DNA of 64,000 bases from Cenococcum geophilum (lineage: Eukaryota). Below are positions 23,181 to 36,699 of the stretch, in pieces. Position 1 is the stretch's first letter, and every line of letters begins with the position of its first letter. The notes under the pieces were generated by a model, which ran no database searches, was not told the DNA's origin, and saw nothing but the letters and a program-made list of their open reading frames with translations. Both the position numbers and the translations under genes were made by a program. The stretch lies in NCBI GenBank assembly GCA_050273025.1, contig CP158635.1:14508001-14572000 (forward strand). The letters are read 5' to 3'.

Positions 23181-26100
23181 CCGCGAAGCCCTACTGCACG
23201 CGTCCACGTCGCCGCGGGTGGAAACATCATCTGGAATTCGTTCCTCTTGATGGCTAAGTGCAGAGGCGATGGTAGAGAGCCGTCGCAGCGCGCGCAGCGC
23301 TGTCGTGGCGACTCTGTGGTGTTGAGCCCGCGACGCGTATGATGTATCGTACGAAGCATCGCCCTTAATAACACCAGGAGACCTACTGCCCCTGCTTGGG
23401 GCTCCTGCTATACCATCCAGGGGGGCCATTAAGGGAAACTGGGATACGAAAACCGCCTGACGTATGACTACCTGGCTCGTAGCCAGGCCCGAAACTGGCC
23501 TTATCCAGCTAGTCGATGTAGATGCGCCCTAGGCGTACGATAGGACACCCTTGGGCTTACACTAGCTCTAAGATTGTAAAGGGAACGCGGTGAGGGCGTA
23601 GGGATCCTCTTTTTATAAGAACTTGTTAAGGTTAACGCGTCGCAGATACTTTATACAAAACTTATTAAGGCCCTAAGGCCACCACGAAGAACTTGTTAAG
23701 GCCCTGCCTAGAGAACTTGTTAAGGCCCCTCTATAAGGGCCTATCTAGTATCCAGTATACCTAGGTGACTCAGAATAGGCGTGGTGCGCGCGATCTGGAT
23801 GGCAGCGACGCGATAGCGACGTGACGGCGACTAAACGGCTTAATGAGGTGGAAACATGGGTAAAGCTCTAGGCAGTGGAAACATAGGTTAGCTTTAACGG
23901 CCCTATAGCGTTTAACTAGGTGACTTACAGAAGGGTTTTAATAGGCGTAGTGCACGTAACCTGACGTATATTATATGGGGGAGGCTTTAAGGAAATATAG
24001 GCTAGTCGGACAAGGACTTAACAGTTAGAGACATAGGCCAGCTTATAGGAAGGGGGGACATAAGCTTAGTTAGTAGGAGAGGGGGGAATAGGTCGCCTGG
24101 CACGGGACCTAGCGTCTCTATAACCCCCTCCTGTAAGATACGGTCGGCCTGTTATAAGGAAACTCTTATAGGCAACGTAAAACAGGAGCTGGTAGTATAT
24201 AGGGTATTGCGCCCCTATATTACTACTGGCCTCCTATAGGGCGTAGTGCGTAGTTAGCCACTACTGGCCCTAGGGACCTCACCCCTTAACTGGGCTCTAA
24301 CCCCTGGTGTACCTGGTAGGCAGGCAGGATTACGTCCTAGCCGGAGAAACTACTACGTGGCTTAAGAGAACGGATGCGCGTGTTGGTACGTCAACAGATG
24401 GAACCGTTCAATAGGATGGTAAGCTAGTGAAATATGCTTAAGGAGCAAACAGGAGTCACCCGGGCGTGAGGGGTCTGGTCCACCCTAAGAGTCGCATCGC
24501 TATAAGCGTAAACTAGGGTAAGGGCCTAGATAAGTAGGCATATAAACCTCACTATTAGCCATTTAGTTATATAGCTTCCTGTTGCACCAGATAAATACCA
24601 GCTTATCCACTTTATAAGGAAAAGAAGGGCAAGTAGTAATTTAGCCTTAATAGTGAATATCTAGGGCTGCGAAGCAAAACTAGAAGCCACCCTTAAGATC
24701 CTAGGGGTCTGGGTAGACTCTAAACTAAACTGGAACGAGCATATCGCACAGGCGACTCATAGGGGAGCAGCTACATTCTCGGCAGCATTACGAATTACCG
24801 CCTTAACATAGGGACCCTCATTTAGACTTACACGCCTACTATACACAGCAGTCGTAAGGCCAACAATGCTATACGGCTCCTAGGTCTAGGGCCTAGGACT
24901 AAGCGGCAAGGTATAAGTAAAGAGCGCCCTAGCGCCACTAGCTAAGCTATAAAACAAGTGCCTATATAGAACTATAGGGGCATATAGGAGAACACCACGC
25001 GCCGCACTCGAACGTGAAGCGGTAGTTCCACTACTAGACGTATATATTAACACAACCGCAATATAGAGAGCAGTCATAGTATAAGGCCACCTAGTAGAAG
25101 AAAAAATCCGCTAAATGCTAAAACGTATATGAGAAACGAGACATATATAAAGAGCGAGGGCTCCTTAAAGGGGAGATACGCCTAAGTATACTAGCCAGGA
25201 AGCCCTCTACCTATAAGTGGTAGAGAGAGAAAAGGAAATACGGAAACTACTAGCCCACTAAGTAGAGACCCAGCGCCATACTGGTAGAGCGCTATAACGG
25301 CGACAGAGGATAGGAGGCCACCAACATAAGTGGAGAGCTACTATACTAATTGCAAGATAGGCAGATCTTAAATGGAAGCAACGATAGAAGGAAGTAGCGG
25401 AAATATAAGACGCAACTATATGGAACACCCTATAGTTAATACTAACTCTCCCCCTATATAAAGGACTAACAAAAGCGGAGTCTATAGCCACCTTCCTACT
25501 ACGGATAAAGGTCTTAGGCCTAAACGCATAGCTTGCAGGTGTCTATGTCCTAAGTATTATACCTCAGTGCATATACGGATGGCCCGCTTAGACAGTACGC
25601 TATATACTACTATTTTATAGCCACCGCTTAGTAAGGGACTAGCTACTCGCTAGTATAGGCATAAATAATATTAACTAAATGCTCTTTATAAGTAGAGGCC
25701 TATAAGCAGCAGCAAAATGGCTTATAGGATAAGGAGTTCTTTAGCAGTTCTAAACTGCATACAAGATCCAATAGGAGGACACTATAGGACACGCCCCCCT
25801 CCAGCCCCTTAGAGACTGGTTACCCCCCGCCTAGCTATAGGCGGCATACTAGCAAATCGCCAGACCCTCCTACTACTTCCTCCCCCTAGATCTTCTAATA
25901 TACCTAGGAAGTATGGTATATAAGGCAGACAAAAGATATAAAGATATACTAGCTAGGCGAAGGCGGAACGCGTATTACTAGCGGCAAGGAAATACTTAGG
26001 TTTTTCCCCCTTAAGGGGATTTTTTTCCTATATAGATAGGTAGTAGCCTATATGGACCTAAAAAGGGACCGAATCGGGCAATAAATAGAATTAATAATAA
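23181..26100 (+). mobile_element. LINE family L2, internally deleted or chimeric: about 1.4 kb GC-rich head joined to the 3' part of ORF2
   Basis: TSD TAATATACCCCTTT(G/A)C (23165-80, 26101-16) and a (TAA)n tail. ORF2 remnants: APDKYQLIHF (about 24584), LKILGVWVDSKLNWNEHI, RLLYTAVVRPTMLYGS, GAYRRTPRAALEREA and a C-terminal CCHC (about 25565-25625). Confidence 0.88.
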
Positions 26101-26854
26101 TAATATACCCCTTTACTCTACTAACTAATAGAGGATTATTAATATAATTAAGAAGTAATAAATCGCGAAATCCGCATATAAGATAGGTTATTCTTTTTAT
26201 ATCTATCCTTTTATTAGGCCGCGCTTAAAGCCCTACTAACTATTTTAGCTTTTTAGTTTTTATCTTTAAGATATAGATATAAAATATTAGGTTCTATTAC
26301 TGCTTTATAAATTAGAACTTATTAACGGATATTAAATACTTAACTTTTAGAAGATAGGATTGGCTAAACGCTTTAAGGTTATAATACTAATAGTAGATAT
26401 ACTAGCGCTAATGTTATTAAAGACTTACCTCTAATTAATATCCGCTTTTAATAATATCTATATTATATATAATAATTTTAACTACCTTAAGCGATTGTAA
26501 TATTAGTTAGTTAAAGATACTAGTGTTTTCCATTTCTATATTACTAGAAAACTTATCCGTGGATCTTATATTCCCCCTAATAGCCTTCTTTAAAGTATAC
26601 TATATAATTAGGTATAGCTTTAGATTTAGGATATTACTAAGGCACTAGGTAATATATATAATAGCGTTTAAAATTAAATATTAATTTTTATAATTATAAA
26701 TACTCTCTAAAGCGTGTATCCGGCTGCCATAAATAGTATTTTTAAATTTAACACCAAGATTAAATATCCGCGTATGCCGGAGATTAATATTCTACTATTT
26801 ATAAAGAAAACCTATATAAACCTAGGCCTTATTATAGAGAGCGAGGCTTCTATA

Positions 26855-29800
26855 TATTACGGCACTGACCTAATATATACTGTTTTATACCGTCTTGTAA
26901 TGTTTCCTATTATTAGCTAGCCTACTACTAGTACCTTAGCGGCCGGCACTACTATTTATATACAATACCCCCTTTCTACCTTCTTCTCCTCTTTATACTA
27001 TAATGTAGTTATTTAGTCTACTTTATTGCAGCACTATAATAGTTTATAGTATCTTTAATTTGCGTCTTATCGCGATTACTAATTCCCCGTGCCCTAGCTA
27101 ATTAACCTTTACCCTAGAGTAATTGCAACCTACGCGCGCCTCTACTAAAACTAATATATCCCTAGTATAGTCCTAGAACAATCCTTAGTTTTTACCTAGT
27201 GCCTAAATAGGCGATACTAACGACGCTAAAATAGCCGAAACCTAAAACCCCCGCGATGTTTTTATAAACCTCTTTATATAAACATACTGCATAAATAATC
27301 TACCGCTCCCTACTATACCCTAAAACCTTTAAGCCTAGTAAAGCTTACCTTACCCTTATTAACTATACCAACGAGTTCCTTAATAATATTAAAGTAGGAC
27401 TATAGTATATATATAACACAAACACCACTAATAAGAAAGCCAACGAAAACTTTAGTACTCTTATTGCTTCCTAGATAGGAACTATTAACTCCTAGGTAGA
27501 GATTATTACCATTCTAAAATAATTAACCCCTATAACAATAGTAGTAACCTAGTAAAAAAAAACGGAGATCTAAAGACCCGCTAATATTTAGTGGAAAAGG
27601 CACCCCGCTAGAATAATAAGCTAATTTTAAGACCTAGCACATTAAGATTAAGGGAGTCTTTAACTAGGACTAGGATTACTTTAATATAGTTTAGTCCTAA
27701 ATTCTTTATATCTTGGATATACTAGAGGATAAGACCTATAAGTTTATTAAGTAGGGCCTAGAGCTTATATATAAGAACCTAAATAATATATCTATGTAAA
27801 AATGGCCTACTAAGGAAGATATGCTTAAAGACTTTACTACCTACTATAAGGTCCTTAATATAACCTAGGTCGTAAAGAATAAGCTTAACTATTTTCTCTA
27901 GGGCGAGCGTAATTACTAGTCCTAGAAGGGAGAGTTTAATAAGCTAATAGTCTGCGCTAAGAAGACAGATAAATAGAAGGTAAACCTACTCTAAAAGTTT
28001 ATCTCTCTAAAGATAGAAGAGCTAGTACTTAAACTTACCTATAAAATTAATAATAGCAACTATATAGGTTAGAGTAAGTAAATAAATATATTTGCTAAGA
28101 ACCTTGCGAACTATATATACTAAGCTAACCTTAAGAAAAACGCTAACTACTACCTACCTACTTAAGCCCCTGCCCCTATATTAACCCTAACCCTAGTAGT
28201 AACTAAAGAACCTATAAACCTTAATAGAATCTTAGATATAGAGCGTAAGCGCTATATTAATAATAAACTATACCTTATCTATAGCCTACCCGGCTACTAG
28301 AAGAACGCCTATAACCCTACTAAGATAATAAACCTAGTTCTAATACTACTATATTAAATAACGTAAACTAATAACCGCGGACGCAGTAACTATAGAGTCT
28401 ATTATAGATGTGGCAACCATAAAGCCTATTATAGCCGCGGCAAATTACCCCCCCCCCCTTTAACCCTATGGCTTAGCTACTTTAAATAATGCCCTATATA
28501 GCAGCCCAACCTATTAATAACACCTAGTATTAGTAACTCCGCGCTAGCAAATATAAACACGGCCACGTTATTAGCGAGGTATTATCTTCTTATACCCTAA
28601 CTAAGACTAAAACTAATACCGCTAGCTAGACGGACACTAGACTGCCCTACTAAGATAGCCCTATACCCTAATTATTAAAAGGTAAACCCTTAAACTAAGT
28701 CGCGTTTAAGGGTTTAAACTATATAAGAAGGAAGACAAGAAGATTAGGTCCCTATTACTAGATTAATTAGTCCTTTTTATTAGTAAGCTACTACTTAATC
28801 TTAAATTAGCAAACAGTAATAAGAAATTAATTCTTATTTAAACTTAACTCTCCTTATTATATAACCTATACCCCTAAGTTTATATTAATATAATAAGCCT
28901 AGTAGACTCCAGTAGTACTATAATGGCATTTACTAACGCAGAGTCTATTATAAGAAAGTATAATATTATAACTAAGAAGCTGCTAGCACCTAGGCTACTA
29001 CGCCTTATAAATAGTATCCTAACTTCGCTTATTATAGACTACTTTACCACCTAAATATTAATTAGCCTCTATACTAAAGCTATACTCTTTTTTATTACCA
29101 AATTCTTGCCTACTACCTTAATTATCTTAGGTATACCTTAGCTTTAAAAGCATAAGCCCTACCCTAGCTTTAGAAAGCTTAAGATCCACTTTAACTTAGA
29201 CTACTACTTTAGGCACTACCTCCTATAGGGGATAACTAATAGTAGTAGGGATGCCCTATATAGATACTCGGCACTATTAAGCCTAGTACTTAGAACTATA
29301 TATAAAGCCTTAATAGTAAAAGACATTCCTAATAAAGGGGAGCCTATATAGCTGTAAAGTAATAAGATAGTAAAAGACTGGACTACCTTAGTACTTAAGA
29401 CTGAAATAACGGGCTAGCTAGCCCTACTAAGACTAAGGAAGAAGGTCCGCTTTACACTACTACTACTAAAAATCTAACCCTAATATAGACACTATTTAAA
29501 CACTAGCCGCCTAGCCTAATACCTAAAACTAAGCTATATACTATATACGCATACTATAGCTCGCGTTATAGTAAGGACTAGCTATAAAACTACTAAGACT
29601 TATATAATAAAAACCACGCCACTATAACGCCTAACCTTATATCCGTCTCCCGCGTATACTATATAGGGCCACCACCTTATTTCCGCCCCCCTAGGCTAAC
29701 TAAGCTATATTAGCCTAGCTATAATACTAAAAAACTAAATACGCCCTAACCTAGACAATATTAGATATACTTATACCGTTAATTTTACCTAGTTCTATAA

Positions 29801-31772
29801 ATAAAAAGACGTAATAGTAATAAGGATCTATATAGCGGAGCTAGTAGAACTAGTTAAATAAGAAGAGTACTAATAGCTACTTAAGGAGCTGCCTATAGGC
29901 CTAATAAAAGTACTAAACCTATTAAAAAGGTCTTTCCGCTAGCTAGTAGAAGGCGACTATATAATAAAGGAAGCCTATAAAGTGCTACCCCCCTATTTCT
30001 ACGACTTTTTTTTAAAATAAATCTAAAAACTAAGCCCGAGCTTTTACGCTAGAAGATAGTTAATACTAATATTAAAAAATTCCTAAAAGACAAACTAGGA
30101 TTAACCCGCGAAGATATTCTCTAACGCCTACTAAAGGAGTTTCGTAAATATATTAAGCACTTCATCCCTAAAAATATAGATAAGCTGCCCCCTTACCAAT
30201 TATAGGACTATATAATTAAGATTATCCCTAGAAACCAAGTCCTATACTATAAAAATTGACTACTCTTACCTACTAAACTTAGGTATATAAAGAAATGGAT
30301 TAATAAGATACTAGATAAGGGTTTTATCCACAAATTAACCTCACTAGCTACTATATTACTCCTCCTTATTACTAAGCCCAGCGGCGGTATATAAGTTTAC
30401 TATAACTACTAAGGCCTAAATATAGTTACTATTAAGAATTAGTACCCACTACTACTAATCTATAAAATACTTAACGCACTTTATAGTACTAAGTACTTAA
30501 CTAAACTTAATATAATTACTGCGTTTAACTGGATCCGGATTATAAAGGGCTATAAATAGCTTATAGCATTTATTACCCGATTCGGACTCTATAAGATACT
30601 AATTATACTATTTAGCCTCTATAACGCACCCGCTACATTTTAAAACTATATTAATTATATTTTATATAACGCCCTTAATAACTACTGCACTGCCTACCTT
30701 AATAACGTCCTTATCTTTTCTAAAATACGCGCTAAGTATATTAAGTATATAAATAAAGTTATCCAAAGACTTAGTAATGCTAGACTTTATATTAATATTA
30801 ATAAGTCTAAGTTCTACTCTACTAAAATAAAATACCTTAGCTTAATTATCTTAATTAATAGTATAACTATAGACCCTAAAAAGGTATAGACCTTATAGAA
30901 ATAGAAGGACCCAATATTAATTAAAGAACTATAATAATTTCTTAACTTCGCGAACTTCTACTAATAATTTATCTAAGGCTACTCTGCCGTTGCTATACCT
31001 ATAATAAAACTCCTAAAAAAGGATATTGGATGACTATAGGGACTAAAATAAGCTAAATCATTTAAGACCCTTAAGGGAGCCTTTACCTTAGCACTAGTAC
31101 TAATATACTATAACTATATAAAGAAAATAGTAGTAGAGATAGATGTATTAAATTAGGCTTCTAGCGGAGTCCTTTCCTAGTATAATAATAACGGTAAATT
31201 AAGACTAGTTATATTCTTTTCCGCAAAGCACTCTATACTAAAGTATAACTACAAAATCTATAATAAAGAACTCTTAGCTATTATTAAGGCTTTAAAGGAA
31301 TAGTGTCCTAAGCTATAAGAGACTAAGGAGCCGTTTAAAATTATTACTAACTATAAGAACTTATAGACGTTTATAACTACTAAGCAGCTAAATTAATGCT
31401 AAGTCTAGTAGGTAGAGTTCCTTTTATGGTTTAACTTTATAATTATATACAGACCTAGTAGTAAAGCCACGCTCCTTAACGCCCTAAGCTAGCTACTAAG
31501 AATAAGGCCTAAGGACGCTAATAATAAACGCCTCTACTACCGAGCCTAAGTTATTATACCGCCCTAGAAAGTTAACCCTATAATCTTAAAAGAATTACTA
31601 TATAAGTCCTATAACTTTAATAACGCAAAGTTTATAGCCGCTCTAGACCCTAAAATAGCTAAAAAGTTACTAGATAAGTTAATTTAGTTAGGATACTAGG
31701 AGAACAAACTTATAAGAGATATAGTAGCAGCCCTATATAATTAGAAAGCTTGCTAGTAGCTAAAGAAGATTA
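26855..31772 (+). mobile_element. Gypsy LTR retrotransposon (5' LTR, gag, PR, RT, RNase H), truncated before integrase, RIPed
   Basis: Starts TATTACGGCACTG (RIPed TGTTACGGCACTG). Motifs: LVDS protease (about 28899), KL(D)IITAFN and YL(DD)VLIFS (about 30693) in RT, VE(T)D...ASSGVLS in RNase H (about 31130). Confidence 0.85.
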
Positions 31773-32492
31773 GTATAGAAAAGAACGTATTGATAGGATA
31801 TAAGGGATAACCTTTAAAAGATGCGATAGAAGCTAAAAAAAGTAATAATAACGCTAGTAGCCTAGAAGTCCCTAAAGTTACGTACGTCCCTATTATTATA
31901 TAACCCCCCTACAGTAAATATTGCCGTAATTAGTACTATAGCGTTTTACTTTAATATATACCGGAAGGATAATAAGGTCTTTATAATAAGCCCATATAAG
32001 ATTAACCAAATTATTAATAATAGGGAGGAAAAGCTAGCTAAGGAAACCGATAAGGAACTAGTTAAACGCCTTCTTTTTACTCTCTATATAAACTATAAGG
32101 ATATATTCTTAAAAGCGGCCTTAGATAAGTTACCCCCTTACTAGATATACGATTATAAGATTTAATTAAAAGCCAATAACTCGCTAGGCTATAGCCCCCT
32201 TACTAATAATTAATAAATAAGCTAAAAGTAATAAAGTAGTACTTAATTAATAACCTAGATAAAGGGTTTATTAAGCTAAGTTAAGCCCCTTTTACTTCCC
32301 CTATTCTATTTATAAAAAAGCCTAATAGAGGCCTTAATTTTTATATTGACTATTAAAAGCTAAACGCTATTACTTAAAAGAACTAGTATCCTATTCCTTT
32401 AATTAACGAGACCCTTATATATCTAAGCTAGGTAAAAACCTTTACCAAACTTAATATCTGCTAAGCTTTCTACTAAATTAGAATAGACCCTA
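31773..32492 (+). mobile_element. Internal pol fragment of the Gypsy family at 47392-55953, fused to the preceding element
   Basis: Colinear with about 52056-52775, for example GTATAGAAAAGAAC(G/A)TATT... through ...ATAGACCC; differences are mostly transitions. Confidence 0.85.
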
Positions 32493-32730
32493 TATAAGGG
32501 GACTTTATAAATAGGGGGTTATAAGGACACGATTATGGAATAGGATAGATTAGTAAGAGAGATAAATCCTTAAGGAGGTAAGGCCTTTAGGATCGTAAAG
32601 ACTATATACTACGGGTATATGCCTTTAGTACGTAACCGGCGACTATCTAAGGGGCATCTAAGGGTTATCCTAAGGGCAACCTAAAGTGTCCGCAATAATA
32701 TCCCTTATATTACCCCCCTCCCCCCCCCTT
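32493..32730 (-). mobile_element. 3' LTR (32493-32709) with adjacent PPT of another LTR element
   Basis: TATAAGGG...CCCTTATA (RIPed TGTAAGGG...CCCTTACA), followed by TTACCCCCCTCCCCCCCC (reverse-complement PPT). Confidence 0.6.
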
Positions 32731-33489
32731 TTTACGGTTAGCCCCTAATTGCTATTACCTTACGGTAGGGAGATTATAAGGGCTTGTCTTAGAAGGGGTT
32801 TAAAGAAATATTAGAGAGATATTAGTATATCGCTGTATATTATCTATCTATCTAACCCCTACTTTAAACTCCTAAAAAAACCTTAATAAGGAAAAAATAT
32901 AACTAGAGAAAAGATGTAAGAATTATTAGGAGACCTATTAAAAGCCTACTAGAAGTATACTAGTAACTACTTAGGCTAATATAGGGATTCTTATACAACT
33001 CTACTTTTAAGCCTTTATGCTAGTCTATAATCAATTATAAGTATTATAGGCAATTTAGTGTTCTAGTATAGTTTTATAAAACCTTTTAGTATAGGATTTA
33101 ATATATAGAGCCTTAGCTTACTATCGTCTTTAACTGCTAGAATATAGTCTATAATCCTTTCTTACAATCCTTTTCTTATAATCCCCTGCGTTACTTTTTA
33201 TTTTATTTTATTTTTTTATATCCGTTGTATTATACTACGTATAATACTACGCATGCAGCCTCTAGGCTATGGCGCTATAGTTCTATATATATAAATCCTT
33301 TTAGGCAGCTTAATATATACTAGCAGCTATGTCCTAATAGTTTATAAACCTCTAGACTAGGGGTTTACTAGTCCCTAGTAAAATACTAGGTTGTTAACGA
33401 CTAATAGGTAGTTTAGAAAAAATAGAAAAGACTATAAGAAATTAAGAAACCCTAACGCCTATCTATGTCCTATTTGTAGTTTATTCTGT

Positions 33490-34065
33490 CCTTTTACTCT
33501 CTAATATTTATCTACTAGAATCTTAGTAGGAGTTACCTCCTTCTAAGGATCCTATTGCTATTAGCCACTTTCTAGTAGCTATTTCTGTCCTATTTAGAAA
33601 TAAAAAGAGCGCCTCTTTTCCTTTCTTTATGCAAAATAGTTTCTTTAGAGAGAGAGAAGATCCTAGTTGCCTTTACATCTCCTTTCTCTTTCCTCTATAT
33701 AGGTCGCAGTCTAGTAATAGATATTTAGGAGTTTATATAGCTCTATATTCTCTAAAGAATCTACCTTCTTTATCTTTTCCTATTGTCTTTAAGAAGGACT
33801 TAAAGTAGCCTTTTCCTAGCTTTAGTTGAAAGAAAGCCGACTATAGCTTTTTAGGATATCTATCCTTAGGGGCTTTAAGAGAAAAGGAATAGTTTCCTTT
33901 ACAGATCCTAGTATAGTATTTTCCTTTGTTTTTATTCAGTTGCTAATTATTTTTCCACTGTTCTAGTATATTTTCTCTTGCTACCCTCCCTATGTAGGCT
34001 AAGGAGGTATAAAAAGACTGTATTTTTCTTCTAGAAAGGCCCTTTTTAGCCCCTGCGTTACTAAG
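33490..34065 (-). mobile_element. 3' fragment of a third LINE family
   Basis: The minus strand reads SAFFQLKLGKGYFKSFL...(Q)TPK(H)LLLDCDLY, typical of the C-terminal region of fungal LINE ORF2. Boundaries are approximate. Confidence 0.6.
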
Positions 34066-36699
34066 GTATTACTTTTATATTACATTTTAGGCTATTAAAC
34101 ACGGTTAAGGTATTAATTAATTAGTTAGTTAAAAAGACTTATCTCTTAAGATTTAATGTATATACTTTTAAATCTAGTAGTCCTATACTATATATTTAGC
34201 GTATCTCTACTACCTAGTAAATAAGGACACTTTGTAATAGCAACTATAGCTATTATACGATTATTAAGAACGTCTATAACATTAATCTTTAATACTATAA
34301 TATCGTTTTTAGGTATAATTTAACCTATATACGTTTTTAATTAACGTCTTAATTGCCTTCCCCTAGCCATGTTATTAGTTTTTATAAGAAAGTAATGGCT
34401 AGATAGCTTATACGCGTATTTTCTTCCTTTTAAATAGCGCTATTATAACGGAGTTATATTAGTAAGGTTGCGGCTATTTACTAAAAGGGTATTGGAAGGC
34501 AAAGTATAAAGATATCTTGCTTATTAAGCTTAATCCTTTTCTTTAATACCTTACTTTCTATTACTAACCTTTATCAAATTTTTAGACGTATCTTTAATAT
34601 ATTATTAGGAATTTCTTCTTTTTTATTAATAATTTAATATAATCTTTGTTCTCCTGCTAACTACTCTTTTAAGTAAATTCTATAGCGTATTCTAGCCCTA
34701 CCTTTATATATAAAACCCTAACCTCCGCTAACCTATAACTAGTGCTAGTTCTACCTAAATAATTTTGCCTATATATCTTTAAAAGACCATAAATCTAATA
34801 ATAGGATTCTGGAGGCTTATAATAAGACGCACTATATTAGATCTAATACCTTTAGTCCTTATAATTAATGCATACGTATTAAGAGCGGCAGTTATATTAA
34901 GGTAAGCTTTTCTATCCTTAATAGCTTAGGCCTAAGTAGCGACGTTCCTTTAATATCCTTAACTACTATATCGCCCAGGCTCTCTCCTATTTAAGCGCTA
35001 ATGCTAAATATTTAGGTCGAATTTAAGATTATACTATAGCCATCTATACTGCCTATAACTCTTAGTAAGCTAGCTAGTAACGCTTAATATAAGAGTAAGA
35101 TTAGTATACTAAGGATAAGGTAAGAAATATAGATAATAAGAAGAAGGTTGCCGTCTACTATAGGAAGGAGTTTATATATATATATTAAGTTTTAAAAGAG
35201 CATAATATAATGCGTTATTAAGTAGGTTACCCTTCGGGTACCTAGCGGATAGGTAACTAATAGTTACCGTAGTAAGGTCTTAGTGGTTTTAGTTTATACC
35301 AGCTAGCTAATATCTCTATTTATTCTAGGCTTAAGCGTATCTTTATTAACTATAAGCTTACGCTATAAGAGCTTCGTTAATAATAGTATTAAGCGTTTAA
35401 GGATCTCTGCCCTAGCTATACCTTATTATCCTACCCCTATTTTTATGCCTACTTATACCCCTACTAAGGGGTCTAGATCTTATTCTTGTTAACCATTACT
35501 TAGTAGCCCGATAGATACTAATCCTACTCCTAAGGATAAGGTATAGTGGCTTTTTAGATTAGGTATTTAGGATTTATTCTTATATATCGTTATAATTAAG
35601 GACCTTAATTAAGGTGCTTAAAAAGGCCTTAAAAGGCTTTTAGAAAGGGCCTAGAAGCCCTAAAAACAATATTTCTAGTATAGATTAATTAATAGGAATG
35701 CAGTTCTAGTAAAATACCCTATTAATTCTATACTATATAATAATAGATTCAATTTACCGTCCGACCTGGTCCCCCTAATGGGTCCACACAGACTAATTCC
35801 TATGGGAAAAACCTCCTTATCTAAGAAAAACCCCATTTTTTTTAGTGTATAAAAAACCTCTAGGGGAAATATGAGAGGTAATACTTCCAGGTAGCATCCG
35901 TACTACATTAATAAGAGGAAAAACACCGTCAGGTTACTGCTCTAAGACTCCGTAAGAGTGTCCATAATGCCTATCTTGCCCCGTCTGCCACTTAAACCAT
36001 TTTTGCCACGTCTATATATTGTCTATATAAAGTCGTATGCCTGTCCCTAGCTCCTTTTCCAAGTCTCCTGTAAATATCTCCTAATAATAACGCTTGCGCT
36101 CCGCCTGGGCCTGTATACTAAGGTCTCTTATCCATTCCTTTATTAAAAGGTTTCTATAACGGGGTGTATATAACTTGGTATCGCTTTTGCCCTAGGGCCT
36201 AAACCTAGGCCCTTGCACCTATTCATAAGGTATAGGAGGACGCTCTAGTATCTAGGGGGGACCAGTCCCTATAACTAGATACCTAGGTTGCCAGGTAATG
36301 TTAAAATAGGGGGCGTCTACTACGCTTAGGGCGCGGATTGTTTGCGTATGTGTATGGTTGCTATACAGTATATATAGTATTTGTAGGAGGAAGGGGGTAC
36401 GCCGGAGGGATAATTGCTTATTAATTCGAATGACCGAATGTGTATAATAGACATGGTAGCTATATTCAAACTTTTTACTAGGGCTTACCCCCCAGTAAAA
36501 AAATTTCACCCCACCACCACGTCGCTGCGCAGCCGTATATACGTCTCTGCGTTTGCTCTGGTAGTCTATTAACACAATCCAAATGGAATATTAATAGTAG
36601 CTGCTAGGTTCCCGGGCTCCACCGCGTGGAGGTATAGAGGCCGATTTCATTGAGCCCTTCTATACTATATATGTAAAAAGGCTAAGGACCTATTCTACC

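Larger units (their letters stand above)
17950..26853 (+). pseudogene. Putative RIP-mutated Argonaute/PIWI-like gene relic in three pieces (about 17950-18371, 22818-23180, 26117-26853), split by TE insertions
   Basis: One frame runs through the excised solo-LTR junction: KLIITLLGDKETYNVIKEAADIYLELVNTV...FSL*KLDLKFNNI* (Y at 22991, last K at 23120). This matches the MID-domain YxxxKxxxDxxxG...KxxxKxGG pattern after RIP reversal. Weaker PIWI-like FHFYIT...RGS...P and I*DITKALGNIY lie at about 26525-26660. Start and end are approximate. Confidence 0.5.
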
